From Longimicrobiales bacterium (GTDB taxonomy: Bacteria; Gemmatimonadota; Gemmatimonadetes; Longimicrobiales; Gaopeijiaceae), in the NCBI GenBank assembly GCA_963664435.2, contig CAXXKM010000001.1, positions 672,001 to 736,000 on the forward strand: a stretch of 64,000 bases of DNA, given 5' to 3'. A program made the position numbers and the translations under genes. Below the pieces are notes generated by a model. It was not told the origin of the DNA, ran no database searches, and saw only the letters and a program-made list of their open reading frames with translations. Positions 28,182-38,894 of this stretch are shown here, in pieces; the first letter of the stretch is position 1; each line of letters begins with the position of its first letter.

Positions 28182-31100
28182 ATGACCGAAGAACTCAAGA
28201 GTGCCAGGGACAAGGTTCTCGTAGACAATACGGCGCAGGCTGTCTTCAAACACCTCGACCGCATCAAGGACAACCGCAGCGCGCTGGGCGCCCGCTGGAT
28301 CTGGGAACTGCTGCAAAACGCCCGTGACGCGGCAGGCCGACAGGGTGTCCAGATCAGGGCCCATGTGTCGGCCAGCGAGTTTCGATTCGAGCACGACGGC
28401 AAGCCGTTTGCTTCCAAGGAGATAGCACATCTAGTCTACCACGGCTCGACGAAGATCGATTTCGAGGACATCGGCCAGTTTGGTTCAGGATTCCTGGCCA
28501 CGCACCTCCTGTCCAAGATCGTCCGCGTCACCGGGCGGCTCGAGGACTCGCGCGGGTTCGACTTCCCGCTGGACCGCACCGGCGGGACCGCCGAAGAGCT
28601 GCGCGAAGCAATGGACCGTTCGTGGGCTGCGTTCGAGCAGTCAGTCCAAGATGCCCGACCTGCATCGGACGCAACCACCTCTTTCGCGTACAATACCGCT
28701 GAACCGGGGGCGCGCGAGCTTGTCGAGGCAGGGCTGGAGGAACTTCGCCGGAGCGGACCGCTGGTCTTGGCGTTCTGTCCGGAGATCACGGAGATCGCCG
28801 TCGAGACCTCCGATGCCGAGTGGAAGCTCTCACGAGAAAGCCGGGAAGAAGGCGGCATCCGAATGATTCGGTACGTGGGAGACGCCGGGGAGCAGTCGCG
28901 TTTCGTCGCAGTCGCGGGAGCGGAAAGCGAGTGCTGCGCGGCGCTCCAACTGCGCTCCGGGGAATCCGGACTTGAGGTGGCCCCAGCGCAGGAGACGGCG
29001 GCGAAGCTCTTCGTGCTGTTCCCTCTCGTTGGCAGCGAGCGGCTGGGGCTCCCGGCCACGGGTCAACAGCCGACAGTTCAAGCCCCGCGAGGACCGGGAC
29101 GGCATCGTGGCCGGGGACTCGGTAGGCGCGCTAGGAAACAGGCGGCTCTTGGAGGCCTCCGTGCGACATCAGGAGCAACTCTTCGAGTGGTGCGCGCAGA
29201 AGAAGTGGGCGGGTGCGGAGCGAATGCTTGCCTTCGACATCGCACGGCTACCTGACTGGGCAAAGGGTGCCCCTTGGTTCCGCCCGCTGCTGATCGAATT
29301 GGTGTGCAAGGCTCGCGAGACTCCGCTAATGCGGACCCCGGGAGGGGAATGGACCGAACCGCAGGCAGCGTGGCTGCCGACGACTGACGACCCGTCGCAC
29401 CGTGAGTGGCTCTGGAAGCTCATGTCGTCGTGGGAGGGGGCACAGGCGAGGTTGCCCTGCCTCGACGACTTGGCCTCTTGGTCACGGAACCTCTCTGGAT
29501 GGCAGACACTCCTGCGCAGATCGCGCGAAGACATGGACGAGGCCCTCACGATCACCAAAGTCGCCCGTCTCGTCGGCGACGCGCGCAGCGTGGACGGACT
29601 GCAGGAACGATTGGTAAACGGCGCGGCGCAGTCCTGGCTCGTGTCGCTGCTCGAACTTGCACTGGATGCCGGCGAAACCGGACTCCTCGACACGCACAAC
29701 CTGCTACCGACTCAGGGCGGCGGGCTGCGCCGACGTCCTGACATTCGCCGCGACGAGGGAATCTCCGAAGAACTCAAAGACATCGCGGAGGCGTTCGGGC
29801 TGGAAATCCGCGACGAACTGCTCGACAAGCGCGCAGAGATGGAAGGACTGGCGGAGCTTCTCACGTCGGAGGGCGAGCCGGAACTGCTCGACAAGGTCTT
29901 GGCGCGCGTTAAGGAGGAAGCCCGGGACGGGGTGATCAGGACGCGGCTCGCACCTTGGGTAGTCAAGCTGTTCCGCTGGATCGCTGACCGTCCGGATTAC
30001 GTCGAGCGCTTGGATGGCTATCCGGTGCCGACATCCGAACAGTCCGAGGAAGGAGTCGTTGTGCTGCTTCTCGAGCGGGGACGCGAGGCGCCCCTACGGC
30101 CACTGGCACCGGTGGCGACCTGGCCCGAGTGCGCGCAGCGGTTCGGTTCCCTGTTCCCGAGACGCAGGGTCCTGGCGGAAGCCTTCGCCGACGGCGATCC
30201 CGAGGTGTGGCCGCGCCTAGCCGCGATCGGCTACGTGAACGCGTCCCCGCTAATCGAGACGCAGCGCGTGGTGGAAGCGTTCCTGCCGGACGAACCGCTC
30301 CCGGACACAGAGGAGACCCCCTTGGGATCGCACAAGTCGACGCAGGAGTTGGAGGTATCGGATGTCGCCTGCCTCGTCGGGGCCAGGGGCCTAATCGACA
30401 CGGCCCGTAAGAGTAGGAAACGCGCCACGGAGTTCGTCCGGTTCTTGGTCGAGTTCGCGGCCGAGGCGGACGAGCGCGCCTTCGAAGTATGCGAGGTCGA
30501 CTGCGAATGTGGGGACAGCCACAGGACCTACCGGGCCGCATGGCTCGCGCCGCTACGCCATCGGCGGTGGGTGCCGCTCGGCGCCCGCGGGCGCCGGGGG
30601 ACGATGGCATCGGCGGAGTCGTTGGCGGGGCTCCTCGATGACTCGCAGGAAGTCTCGGAGATCCTGTCCGGGATCCGGGCAGAGAAGCTCTTGGACGCCT
30701 TGGCAATCAGCCGCGCGGACCTCGCGCTACGGGTTGTCGCCGGCGACGAGAACGAGCGGCTGGCGCTGATCGCGTCGATGCAGGATCTCGCCGCAGTGGC
30801 TGGTGACATCGACCGTGTTCGGGAGCTGACGACCGAGATCCGCGAGCACCCGGAGATCATCGACTCAATCAGAGAGCGGAAGATCCGTCGGACCAAGATC
30901 CAGCGGAATCAGGAGATCGGGAACCTAGTCGAGCAGCTCCTGCGGCAGGAGTTGGAAGGCCGCGGACTGACCGTGCGGCGTACCGGGATCGGGTCCGACT
31001 TCGAGGTTGAGAGCGACTTCGTCGAGGAAGAGCAGGAGGTGGGCCTCGAACTTTCCAGCGGCCGCGGCACCACGCTCATCGAGGTGAAAAGCACTAGGAT

Positions 31101-31434
31101 CGACCAGGTGAAGATGACGCCCGTCCAGGCGGAACGCGCCTCCACCCTCGGCGACGGCTTCGCGCTGTGCGTGGTCCCCCTCGATGACGACGTGCCGACC
31201 GCCGACACGATCCACGAGAGACTGCGTGTCGTGTTCGGGATCGGAGCGCGCCTCGAGTCGGCGCTGTCCGGCTACAAGTCCATGCGAAAAGCCGCGGACG
31301 CCGCCCGCGAACCGCGGGGCGCGGTCGAACTTGAGATCCGGGAAGGCGAGGTGCGCTTCCGGATCGGCCGTCCGGTCTGGGACGAAGGACTGCCGTTCCG
31401 TCAGGCAGTCGATCGGTTCGGAGGCCGCGACTGA
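28182..31434 (+). pseudogene. Sacsin-like GHKL ATPase with C-terminal DUF3883-like nuclease, split by a +1 frameshift near 29060
   Basis: WELLQNARDA, HDGKPF and GQFGSGFLATHLLS in the first frame; VNSRQFKPREDRDGI and C-terminal GSDFEV...LIEVKST in the second. Removing one G from GGG at 29060-29062 gives continuous LGLPATVNSRQF. Confidence 0.75.
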
Positions 31435-31497
31435 ACCCAACCCGGCTTGACCGCAGGCACGTACTCGCGTGAGCTGCGCAACGTGTCTAGCATGGTC

Positions 31498-32733
31498 TGT
31501 TGTAGAACGGTAATCACCTGACAGATGTCCCCCGGAGGGGACGGTGGCCAGACCGGCCTCACCGAGGTTAGTTGAGAAGAGGTCCAGTCCAATCAACAAC
31601 CACGGAAGAGAACCAGAATAACCACCGTCCAGGCAGAGAAGGTAGCGCGCCGCAAGCTGTCCCTGCTACAGCTGGCCCAGGAGCTTGGCAACGTCTCGAA
31701 GGCGTGCCGGGATCGTGGGCTACAGCCGTCAGCACTTCTACGAGATCCGCCGTAACTTTCAGGTCTACGGCGCGGAGGGGCTGCTCGATCGGATGCCCGG
31801 CGCGAAGGGGCCGCATCCGAACCGCGTCGCGCCGCCGATCGAGAAGGCCATCCTGGCCCACGCGCTCAAGCACCCGACCCACGGCGCCCAGCGGGTGGCC
31901 GACGAACTGATGCTCAGAGGGCTCCAGGTCAGTTCAGGCGGAGTGCGGGGCGTGTGGACCCGCAACAAGCTCCTGACCCGTCACCACCGACTGCTGAAGC
32001 TGGAGGAGACGGTCCGCAAGCGGAAGATCAAGCTCACCGAGGAGCAGATCCAGGTACTGGAGCGCTTCGACCCCGAGTTCCGCGAGCGCCACATCGAAGT
32101 CCATGCCACGGGGGAGCTTGTGGCCGTGGACACCTCCTTCGCGGGCACCCTCAAGGGCGTCGGCAAGGTCTACATCCAGACCGTGCTCGACTGTTTCAGC
32201 CGCCACGTCCGGGCCCCGCTCTACACCTCGAAGATGCCCGTGACCGCCGTCCAGATCCTGAACAACCACGTGCTGCCCTTCTTCGAGAAGCACGACGTGA
32301 AGATCCGGACCATCCTGAGCGACAACGGGCGCGAGTACTGCGGCCGGCCGGACAAGCACCCCTACGAGCTCTTCCTGCAGCTGGAGGACATCGAGCACCG
32401 GACCACCAAGGTGGGGAGGCCCCAGTCCAACGGCTTCATCGAGCGGTTCCACCGCACCCCTCTCGAAGAGCATCTCGGGATCAAGGGGCGGACGACCTGG
32501 TACGAGACCGTCGAGGAGATGCAGAGGGACCTGGACGTGTATCTTGAGACCTACAACCAGCGGCGACCGCACCAGGGCCGCGGCATGGAGGGACGCACGC
32601 CCTACGCGGTCTTCAAGGCCGGGATCGCCCGGAAGCGCACCCGCAAACCCTCGGCCAGGAAGGAGGTGAAGAAAGCAGCGTAGGACCTGACCTCGGTGAG
32701 GCCGGGTGTCAGGCGATTACCGTGCGGAGTACC
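31498..32733 (+). mobile_element. IS481-family element, degenerate
   Basis: Transposase from 31618 (ATA where ATG is expected) KVARRKLSLLQLAQELGNVSKACR, extra G at 31709-31711, then SDNGREY and PQSNGFIERF to 32683. Inverted repeats 31507-31523/32707-32723 (16/17) and 31553-31567/32691-32705. Exact ends approximate. Confidence 0.85.
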
Positions 32734-33003
32734 CGAGTCGCGAATCTCGGCAAGGAATCTACTAAGTTGAACTGGGACTGCACGATCTGCGTTTCTTGCC
32801 GTCGGGCCGTGGGGGCTTCTACCGTGCGCGAAGTGCGGGAACATCGCCATCAAATGGCGGGAACCCGCGGGGGCACGCCGCCTGATCCATCGACCCGGCC
32901 GATGGCAACAGCCTGTAGCGAGCCTCATCCTCGATGTCCCTCGTCTGGCGCCGCGTGTTGGGATGACAACTGTTCGTGTACGATGCTCCACGTCCATACG
33001 TAC

Positions 33004-33705
33004 CTATCTGATAGGACAACCCACACTCCTGAACCAATTGCCAACTACGACATCTGTCGTTCGGCAGAATACTTGCACCAAGTCCAGCATAGCTGTCACA
33101 TCCAGTGGCGTACTACTTGCGCCAATGTTTCCGTGAGCAATCTGGTTCCTCTGTTCGACCACGTTGTTGACCATGTTGATGCACGGTCGACAATCCGCGC
33201 GAAGCTGACGTTCGAGATCACCCTTGTAGTCTCGGTAACCGAATCGCGCAACGAACTTCTGGATTTCCCGGAAGCGCGGTGTTGAGAAGCCCGCGACCAC
33301 GCGTTCGAACGGCAGCTCCTCCTGGAAACTGTCCTCTCCGCACCAGATGTCTTGGTCTCTTCTAAACATAGTCACGATCTTTTCCGCAATCCTGTCGGGG
33401 TCTTTTGTATCACGAATCTCGTCGATTAAATCCTTGGAACAGAAATACATCAACCGGGGTGACAGTAGGCGCTTAGGGACCCCTTTCTCGACGATTCTAC
33501 AAACGATCACCTCCGCAAGATCCTCCATATAGCCCTCAATGCGACTAGACAGCAACACGACCGCTGCTCGACATAACGCGCGCGCGGTTGGCGCGTTCGC
33601 CAACGGTCCCTTCGCGCGGCTCTCCGCCTTCGCGAGTCGCACTAGTGTTCTGACCTCTTCCACTCCTTTCACGAAGGCAGAGTACGCTTCCGTATATCGT
33701 GCCAT
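33004..33705 (-). CDS. HEPN-domain protein (MAE_28990/RiboL-PSP type)
   Basis: RAAVVLLSSRIEGYMED and QRNQIAHG (RxxxxH); translationally coupled to the DUF262 gene. Confidence 0.8.
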   Translation of the reverse strand: MARYTEAYSAFVKGVEEVRTLVRLAKAESRAKGPLANAPTARALCRAAVVLLSSRIEGYMEDLAEVIVCRIVEKGVPKRLLSPRLMYFCSKDLIDEIRDTKDPDRIAEKIVTMFRRDQDIWCGEDSFQEELPFERVVAGFSTPRFREIQKFVARFGYRDYKGDLERQLRADCRPCINMVNNVVEQRNQIAHGNIGASSTPLDVTAMLDLVQVFCRTTDVVVGNWFRSVGCPIR

Positions 33706-34799
33706 CAGAATACCTGTTGAACGAGTCGCTCGTTCCAGATCTCAAAACGCCGCAGCGTCCGGCTCTTGTGGTCGATCGAGCGCCCGATCAAATCCTGAAA
33801 CTCCTCATCTTCGAAGAGACGCGTATACTGACGTCGAAACTCCGATGCTTCACGCTGCACGATAGCCCGAGGCGTCTCAGACATAGTTGTCATGACGAGA
33901 TCCATTAGAGCACGATTCACCACTTGGCGTTTTGCTCCGCGGTCCAAGCGCCGAAAGCAATCTCTCGGCGGGAAAACTATCAGGCACTTGTCGATAGTAT
34001 TCCTCCAAGCCTGTTCAAGTGCATCAAGTCTGTCGTCAGTATAGTGTCTACCCTTTTTCGCAACGTCGTTCAGCCAACGCTTCTGCGGAGTACGATAGCT
34101 ATCAAGGCCTTCTATATGGAACGCGAAGAATCGAAGTATCAACTCTTCGTCACGCAGTCTTTTGTCTGGGCGCGTCCTCCCCAATATATCGAGCCATGGC
34201 TTATGCTCAGACAGCCGCGACAGGAGGTCATTCAATGTGCCACGGTAGATGCAGTTGCGGAGTTCCTGTGCATTCAGTGGCATGGTATTGGTGTTTAGTC
34301 TTTCGAAGACATCAAACTGTATTTCCGGATCAGAATCGTTAGTGATGATTACGGCACGCAGAGTGTGCGTTTCGATTTGACGTTGTAAGCGACGATCTAG
34401 TTCGTGAAACCGCTTACCATTCAATTCCGACACAACCGCGAGCCCAGATAAGGCGAATTGATTGTCCAGGAATCGAAAAATGGAATAAATGCGTTGCTGC
34501 CCGTCTATCACGCTGAGTTCATAATCGTCATTCTGAGAAAAGTAGCAGGGTGGAATCGGAATGTTGAGGAGGATGGACTCGATTAGTAGAGATGCGAGAC
34601 GGTTGGGCCATACGTACCCGCGCTGAAAGCGCGGTCGCTCGCTCAATGGACGAAGGTGCAGCGTCTTGGCCTCTATCTCGCCCATCAGGGACCGAACATT
34701 AAGGTCGTACGGTTGAGTGAATAGCTTGCGATCGCGGACGGGTAACGCATCGGGATCGGGTTCGTACTTGGCCCGTTCGTCTTCGTACAGTGTCGTCAT
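33705..34799 (-). CDS. DUF262 (ParB/GmrS-like) protein
   Basis: FQRGYVW, LIESILLNIPIP, IDGQQR, FERLN and QELRN motifs; low GC. Confidence 0.88.
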   Translation of the reverse strand: MTTLYEDERAKYEPDPDALPVRDRKLFTQPYDLNVRSLMGEIEAKTLHLRPLSERPRFQRGYVWPNRLASLLIESILLNIPIPPCYFSQNDDYELSVIDGQQRIYSIFRFLDNQFALSGLAVVSELNGKRFHELDRRLQRQIETHTLRAVIITNDSDPEIQFDVFERLNTNTMPLNAQELRNCIYRGTLNDLLSRLSEHKPWLDILGRTRPDKRLRDEELILRFFAFHIEGLDSYRTPQKRWLNDVAKKGRHYTDDRLDALEQAWRNTIDKCLIVFPPRDCFRRLDRGAKRQVVNRALMDLVMTTMSETPRAIVQREASEFRRQYTRLFEDEEFQDLIGRSIDHKSRTLRRFEIWNERLVQQVF

Positions 34800-34829
34800 G
34801 TCATACTCTCCATTGGGATGTCATCTAAC

Positions 34830-35097
34830 GCTACGTAGCAAACGAATTCTACTGAGCGTGGGCCAGCCGTCTCCGCACAGATTCGTTCCGCGAACGCGGC
34901 CGTGAGAGATCCGACCCCGCCCCCTGATCGAGGACGCGGAGGGCTCCGAGTGTGTCCTAGAATAGACTCGCCATGAACCGGCCGATCTGGACCGGCGTCA
35001 TGTACTGGCCCAGCGCGACGCGTCTCTTGGCGTCGAGCGTCAGGGAGGCATCGATGCGGTAGAAATCGGCCGCCTCTGCGAGCGCGACATCCGTCAT
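34830..35097 (-). pseudogene. 5' remnant of a BsuBI/PstI/Eco57I-type N6 methyltransferase
   Basis: MTDVALAEAADFYRIDASLTLDAKRRVALGQYMTP...FMASLF* then RVLDQGAG, a frameshift, and GSLTAAF (motif I). Sequence breaks off before the DUF262 gene. Confidence 0.7.
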
Positions 35098-35689
35098 GTC
35101 GGCTGCATCTGTTGCTACGCGGGTCCACTTGGCAGGTGTCGCTCCTCCACCAGATCATCTCCGTATGGCCTCCCGAGTCGTAGAGTCGCTAACCAACGGC
35201 ATCACCGTAAACATACCGAGGAGCAGCACATCGCGCCGCCTGGCCGACGATTCGCTGGCGTCGAGCAGGTCGCCGCCGATGAGCATTGTGAGATTGGTGA
35301 GTGGATGACGCTACGCTACTTGCGGACCGCGAATACGCTCTCCAACCGCAGATCGCTTCGGGGAGGCACTGTGGTCGGGGTCAGTCGTACCCCGTCGCCT
35401 GATCGTCGGACATGACCGCACGCTGCACAGGCAAGAGCCCGACGTGCACTGCGTCGATCTTGTTCACCGCCACCAGCCGCGAGGGTCGAGGACGCCCCTT
35501 GTCCCCGCGGTTTCGCGGAAGCGTTCCCCTCTCCAGAGCTCGCTCGTACCGGGCTGCGCTCAGGGTCGAGGCAGCAGGTATTCTTGGGAGAACAATCAGC
35601 GCACCAGTCGCAGGGCCATCCCAAATGGCAGAAGAGTTGCCAAGCATGGGGATGCATCGGCGGCTCGGCGGACGTGGCACTCCACCCAG

Positions 35690-36430
35690 AACGCAAATCA
35701 CGGCACCGCGTCCCGGAGATGGCCCGAAGGCAGGTTTGCGGACCAACTTGGACGGCAGCGAGTTCCCTCCCCGGAGGCCACCAAGTCCTCGGACAAATCC
35801 CGACCTGCGGCGAATGCCCCGAGAAGCAGCCGAATCGACCCCGCAGCCTTCGCGGCCAGAGCGATACGATTCGACACCGCGCGACCGGAACGGAGTCCGA
35901 AGACCTGGGCTTCCAGAGAGACCTCGGGACGATGGATCGGTTGCAGATCCACCGCCGCGGCCCTCCTGATGTAGAGGGTGGCGCCGGTCGCCTCCTGGTC
36001 GCTCTTGAAGCCGCGGACGGTGCCTTGGGCGGATCCGTCGTGCCCGGAAATCATGTCGGCCCACCTGCGCGCGGCGGCCTCGGAGCGCCGCAGAGTGGGC
36101 GTCCCGCACTACCGATACGAGTGGGATGTCCACCTAGCCGCGGCGGCCGGCGGTGCGAGCTCGGTTCGGCTGCGAGGGCCCGTGCGCGGCAGCTCCGCCG
36201 AGCCTGAGCCACTCTATGATGAGACCCATCCGAACGCGGCCGTCCTTGTCCGTAGCCTCCTGTAGTGCCCTCGCATGGTGGGGACCGCCTTGGTTTCGAC
36301 ACCTCGTGCCGCATCGCGGTGGGTTGGCATGTGAGCACTGTGGCCTCCTCCGTCGGAGGTCGTTCCGCTCCAGCGATTCCTCGCAGGACGGCTTTCGAGC
36401 GACGGCGAACGCGGCGGACCATTGAATCCC
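35690..36430 (-). pseudogene. Decayed Cre-like tyrosine recombinase
   Basis: Across frameshifts: VDIPLVSVVRDA / LRRSEAAARRWADM / DGSAQGTVRGFKSDQEATGATLYI / VSNRIALAAKAAG, comparable to YDTLLRRSEL and DGSATLLVRTSKTDPEGAG of the 38895 protein. Ends approximate. Confidence 0.65.
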
Positions 36431-36479
36431 CCCCCATTGACTCCACGAGAGCCATCTCCATCTTCTTGCCGCGATCAGG

Positions 36480-37901
36480 ATGTCCCCTCTTGCTGGTATA
36501 CCCAACTTGACCACCGCTATCGAACACCTTCGCTCGACTCTGCGCGGGGCGCTGAAGGCGGCCTCGTTCGACTTGGGTCGCACCATCATCAGCTATCGCG
36601 GAGGCAGCACGACGACGTACGGGGAGTGCGTTGATGACATCATTTCGCCCGGGGACCTGCGGGAGATCTACGAGCGGGCGACGTGGCACGACGATTTATG
36701 GCCCAAAGCCAGAATGGCCCGTGTTCGCATCCCTGCGGTGTTGAAAACCGACTTGGCCGACAGCCTGCGCGCGGTCCTGGGAGCTTACGTCGATCCTGCG
36801 TCGGACTGTGTTGGGCACGCTCTTCCAGTGCCTGGATCTCGTAGAGGTGCATCCAGAGCATTGCCCAACGATCTGTTCGTTCAGGCCGCGGTGTCCTCAA
36901 TAGGACGATTCAGTGAGGCGCTGACAAAGGACGCCGCGATCCTCGGAGTCGACCACGTTGCCAATCTCCTTGCGGATTGGATTCGAGGCGAGCCGCTGAG
37001 GTATCGCACCTGTCGGGTTGCGGCGCTGAGTCTCGATCGGCCGCTGAGCCCAATATGCGGCATCGACATCATTCCGTTGCCGCTGTCTTCGGATGCGCTG
37101 CCGAGAGGACTGCCCTCGCGGAGCGGCATCTTGCCTGAAGCGTATCTGGGGCAGTCTGTCGTCCAAGTCGAGAGCCACGCAACGCCCGCTCTGTTCCATC
37201 CCGATGTACCCGACCTCGGCCGTGTCGTCACCGGGCAGCTGTCTCCGGGCGTCAGCTTCGACACCATCTGGGCGGCTCTTTCGCTGGAATGCGACGCCCA
37301 CATCGCTCAGGGATTCGGCTGGAGCGACCACGGAGACCTGTCCGCAATCGCGACCGACGGGATGACTTCGGGGAGGCCCAGCTATCTGAGCTTTTCCGGT
37401 CAACGATTGACGATGGAGGAAACGGGCATCACCAGCTTGGAACGTTCCGGCGGTGCGGTGCGGTCCCCGTCAGAGACGAAGATCGCCGACCTACTTTCGG
37501 CGCTTGAGAAGACGGACGCCCGCACACGACTTTCGACCGCGCGCTGGAAGAAGTCGATGCTGCCTCTCGGGGATCTACCCGACCGATTCATAGACCTCCG
37601 CATCGCGCTCGAAGCGCTCATGTTGCCAGACGGGACAAACCAGCAATTGAGCTACACGGTTGCAGTTCGTGGGGCTTGGTTCATGGGCGAGGACGCCGCT
37701 ACCCGGCGCAAGGCGTGGAAGACGTTGCGCGATGCGTACGGCGTCGCTTCCAACCTCGTCCACGGGGGTAAGGTGAAACCGGGCTACGAGGACTTGCTCG
37801 AAGACGCTCGTAGCCTTTGCCGAAAGGGAATACTGCGCATACTCGAGGAGGGCCAAGTGAGAGATTGGGACGGTCTCATTCTGGATGCGCCAGACGAGTA
37901 G
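36480..37901 (+). CDS. Protein with C-terminal ApeA-like HEPN domain
   Basis: DRFIDLRIALEAL...LSYTVAVRGAW...LRDAYGVASNLVHGG. Start uncertain. Confidence 0.65.
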   Translation: MSPLAGIPNLTTAIEHLRSTLRGALKAASFDLGRTIISYRGGSTTTYGECVDDIISPGDLREIYERATWHDDLWPKARMARVRIPAVLKTDLADSLRAVLGAYVDPASDCVGHALPVPGSRRGASRALPNDLFVQAAVSSIGRFSEALTKDAAILGVDHVANLLADWIRGEPLRYRTCRVAALSLDRPLSPICGIDIIPLPLSSDALPRGLPSRSGILPEAYLGQSVVQVESHATPALFHPDVPDLGRVVTGQLSPGVSFDTIWAALSLECDAHIAQGFGWSDHGDLSAIATDGMTSGRPSYLSFSGQRLTMEETGITSLERSGGAVRSPSETKIADLLSALEKTDARTRLSTARWKKSMLPLGDLPDRFIDLRIALEALMLPDGTNQQLSYTVAVRGAWFMGEDAATRRKAWKTLRDAYGVASNLVHGGKVKPGYEDLLEDARSLCRKGILRILEEGQVRDWDGLILDAPDE

Positions 37902-38714
37902 CAGCCGGCGCCCCGACCCTAATCTTGGGCCACGGCAGCCCACGCGGGAGTCCTACCGTTGGAACAGATGCTACGCGGGAGTAGTGGCTTCCGCTCAGGC
38001 GTCGGCGTCACCGCACCAGCTCAGCGGGTTGTCGGACGCCTCCATCCGATGAACGCAGCTCCGCCGATACGTGGGTGGATGACACCACATTCGACCGATT
38101 CTGGCTGACCGTCTTCGTGGAGGCTTGTCGGGTTCTCGCCCACATCCACATCACGCCCTCCGTCCACGCCGCTAAACGACGCCCGCCGCAACGCATCCTG
38201 ACGGGTCTCCCGCTCCGGGCCGTCGTCCCGTCTGGTTCCCATTCTCCGCTCCTATTCTTCCACCCTTCTCGTCTCGACTCCCTCCAAGTTGTACCCTGCG
38301 GAACCGGAACCAAATGGCAGAATGAGGCCGGGGATGTTCCGGATGAGCAGTAGCGCTCACACTCGGCTGCTTCACAGGGGCCTTCCCCAACATGGAGCGA
38401 CCAGGGATCCGTCGGTGGGCTGGTTGCGCCCTGTCCGTGCTTCCGCCCGGATGAGTCGCCTCCATCCCGCCACGATGCGGGTGCTGCCCGTGCAGCGGGC
38501 ATGCTCCTTGCAAAAGTGTGAGCGAGCCCGGCAGGCTGAAGGCGATTCCAGCCCGTCGGTCGAGCGCAGGTTCCCGAACGAACGCGTCGACCATTACCGG
38601 GTCTCAGTAGGGACAGCGACTGGACGGGTCCAGTGATTCGACATTGGCCCCAAAGACGCTCTCAGACGGGAGAGGACGCCCAAATGGGCGATGTTCTCAG
38701 CGATTCTCCGGTCC

Positions 38715-38750
38715 GTTTTGCGCACGATAACTGGATTTATCGCGCGCTAC
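38715..38750. other. Left lox-like recombination site: GTTTTGCGCACGATAA-CTGGAT-TTATCGCGCGC
   Basis: Palindromic arms around a 6-bp asymmetric spacer; 32/33 identical to the reverse complement of the right site. Confidence 0.85.
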
Positions 38751-38784
38751 GGCTATGTAATCGTTTCGTTGTCACGCGGTTACG

Positions 38785-38813
38785 AGCTTAAGCGACCGCG
38801 GTCTCCCGCGCAA
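38785..38813 (-). promoter_or_regulatory. Outward-facing sigma70-like promoter inside the invertible segment: TTGCGC-N17-TAAGCT
   Basis: On the minus strand, -35 at 38813-38808, 17-nt spacer, -10 at 38790-38785; points at the left lox-like site. Confidence 0.6.
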
Positions 38814-38894
38814 CGGTCGGAGAGAGAGGGCCGGGAGCAGCGGTCATGCCGACCGTTGGCCGTATGTTCCTGAACCCCGACGACAAGGCGATCT

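Noticed and set aside
38008..38594. Minus-strand ORFs as an alternative target of the invertible promoter
   Set aside because: No recognisable domain, atypical composition and poor RBS spacing; not called as genes, though a decayed gene cannot be excluded.
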